The notes under the pieces are model-generated. The model did not search any database. It was not told where the DNA came from and saw only the letters and a program-made list of their open reading frames with translations. From the NCBI GenBank assembly GCA_016186245.1, contig JACPLZ010000011.1, forward strand, positions 1 through 46,968: 46,968 nucleotides of DNA. The letters run 5' to 3'. The stretch comes from Candidatus Peregrinibacteria bacterium (GTDB lineage: Bacteria > Patescibacteriota > Gracilibacteria > UBA1369 > LOWO2-01-FULL-3). Positions 45,256 to 46,968 of this stretch are shown in pieces (within the stretch, counting starts at the first letter, position 1; each line of letters begins with the position of its first letter). A program made the position numbers and the translations under genes.

Positions 45256-46483
45256 ACTGTAAATTTTTCAGATACTTTACAGCCGCCTCTTTCTGCGGAT
45301 CTTTCTTCTCCTGAATATCTTTTTCATTTATTTCCACGACAATATCCGGCGTCAGTCCTATCTTGTCTATATCTCTTCCTTCTGGAGTCAGCCATTTGGC
45401 TATAGTAAGCCTTATACTGGAACCGTCGGTAAATGATTCCACCTCCTGCACGGTGCCTTTTCCAAAGCTCATAGCCCCCAAAATTATTCCTCTCTTATGA
45501 TCCTGCACGGCGCCCGCCAAAATTTCCGAAGCCGATGCGCTGCTCTCGTTCACGATCACCACAAGGGGAACATTCAACAATTTGGTATTTCCATTCGTAT
45601 ACATGATTTCATCTTCTTTCCCCCTTTCTCTTAAAGCGACAGCCTTTGTATCTGCCGGCAGCAGGTATGACAAAAGCTCCACGGCGATGTCAAGATATCC
45701 GCCTCCGTTATAACGCAGATCAACTATCAATCCCTTTGGCTCATTCAAAACAAGCTCCGAAATCGCTTTTCCAAATTCCTGATTGGTAGTGTCGTTAAAT
45801 TGATTTACGCTCAGGTAGACAATATCCCCGTCAAGTTTTTCCATGGTAACGCTTTCAATTGTGATGCTGTCGCGCACAATTGTAACTTCAAATGGTATGT
45901 CGAGATTTTCACGGACAACAGTAAGGGTTACAGGAGTGCCTTTTGGTCCTCTGATTTTCATAATCGCATCAATCAGAGTCATTTCCGAAGCAAGATTGTC
46001 GTCAATTTTATAAATAATATCTCCCGCAAGTAAACCCGCTTTCTCCGCCGGACTTTGTCTCAACGGCGAAACAATCACCAGATTCTTGTGTTCAACGGTG
46101 AGCTCCGCTCCGATACCCTCCAGCTTGCCGTCAAGACTGGCGTTAAACTCCTTGCTCTCATCGGGCGTCATAAAAACCGTATATGGATCTTCCAGAGAAT
46201 TGACCATGCCGGCAATGGCTCCATAAACCATTTTTTGAGAATCGATTGCCTCCTCATGCACATATTTGTCTTCAATTTCCTTCCACACAGTCCAGAATAA
46301 TTCCAGATCCACATTTTCTGTCTGATCGCTCAAAACGGGCTCATCATCCACCGCCTTATTTTCATCAAACACATCCAGATAATTTGCCTGCCAACCGAGC
46401 AAAAATGAAAACACAGCCGCCACTATATAGCCGTATATATATTTATTTTTTTCCCGACTTTTTCCAAGACCGCGTTCAATCAT
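45254..46483 (-). CDS. ctpA: Carboxyl-terminal processing protease (S41, PDZ)
   Basis: LEDPYT, GIGAEL, SPAEKAGL, DLRYNGGG, SASASEI, SFGKGTVQ. Confidence 0.93.
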   Translation of the reverse strand: MIERGLGKSREKNKYIYGYIVAAVFSFLLGWQANYLDVFDENKAVDDEPVLSDQTENVDLELFWTVWKEIEDKYVHEEAIDSQKMVYGAIAGMVNSLEDPYTVFMTPDESKEFNASLDGKLEGIGAELTVEHKNLVIVSPLRQSPAEKAGLLAGDIIYKIDDNLASEMTLIDAIMKIRGPKGTPVTLTVVRENLDIPFEVTIVRDSITIESVTMEKLDGDIVYLSVNQFNDTTNQEFGKAISELVLNEPKGLIVDLRYNGGGYLDIAVELLSYLLPADTKAVALRERGKEDEIMYTNGNTKLLNVPLVVIVNESSASASEILAGAVQDHKRGIILGAMSFGKGTVQEVESFTDGSSIRLTIAKWLTPEGRDIDKIGLTPDIVVEINEKDIQEKKDPQKEAAVKYLKNLQ

Positions 46484-46492
46484 CTAAAAAAA

Positions 46493-46968
46493 TTAATTTA
46501 TGAATTCAAGGATGCTTTTTATATTTAAGGCTTTTCCCGTTTGATCGTCAACTTCGACAATAACGGCGGAAAACTCCATTTTACCTTCAGTTTCAGGGTC
46601 ATGGCGTCCGGGAAGCTGTGTCAAAAACTGCTCGACAATCGGCCCCTTTTTCAGTCCAATCATGGAATTCAGCGGGCCGGTCATGCCAACATCGCTGATA
46701 AAAGCCGTGCCGCCATCAAATATTCTGGCATCGTTTGTCTGCACATGGGTATGCGTTCCGACAACTGCGCTCACCCTGCCATCAAGATAAAAAGCCAAAG
46801 CATGCTTCTCTGAAGTGGCTTCTGCATGAAAGTCTACAAAAACAGCCGCCGGTTTTTCATCGGAAATTTCTTTTAGAATTTTATCTGCAATTCTCAACGG
46901 ATCATCAAAATGCCCATGCATAAAAACCCGCCCGATCAGGCTTATCACAGCGACTTTTTTTGTGCCAA
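46493..46968 (-). CDS. YmdB/TIGR00282-family metallophosphoesterase (5' truncated by window edge)
   Basis: VDFHAEATSEK, VGTHTHVQT, SDVGMTG; frame open to window end. Confidence 0.92.
   Translation of the reverse strand, partial: GTKKVAVISLIGRVFMHGHFDDPLRIADKILKEISDEKPAAVFVDFHAEATSEKHALAFYLDGRVSAVVGTHTHVQTNDARIFDGGTAFISDVGMTGPLNSMIGLKKGPIVEQFLTQLPGRHDPETEGKMEFSAVIVEVDDQTGKALNIKSILEFIN

Noticed and set aside
1..46968. Alternative genetic code (UGA=Gly, code 25)
   Set aside because: Conserved genes are full length under code 11 and TGA ends genes at expected positions (e.g. comM, trpE)

Overview
Chromosomal segment of a bacterium using genetic code 11. Gene content (Cys-rich zinc-ribbon proteins, several SLH surface proteins, LPXTG-like protein, few Shine-Dalgarno motifs) suggests a CPR/Patescibacteria organism, probably Peregrinibacteria-like; this taxonomy is an inference. 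It carries housekeeping genes (ybeY, TrmH-family methylase, murI, guaA, lysS, intein-containing dnaB, yraN, comM, murA, argS, two tRNA-Ser, ctpA, ymdB-like), four SLH proteins, a trpR-trpE-trpGDC-trpB-trpA operon lacking trpF, and many small palindromic intergenic elements. The two most striking observations: (1) a helix-turn-helix/coiled-coil/C-terminal transmembrane protein (5663-6322) whose upstream region and own coding sequence hold about 19 TAGACA/TGTCTA-type sites, suggesting a membrane-anchored, centromere-like DNA tethering system; (2) an arginyl-tRNA synthetase fused to an N-terminal B3/4 (CtdA-like) tRNA-editing domain and carrying a rearranged HIGH motif. No CRISPR, integrase, transposase or prophage gene was seen. 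All calls come from reading motifs by eye; no database searches were run.
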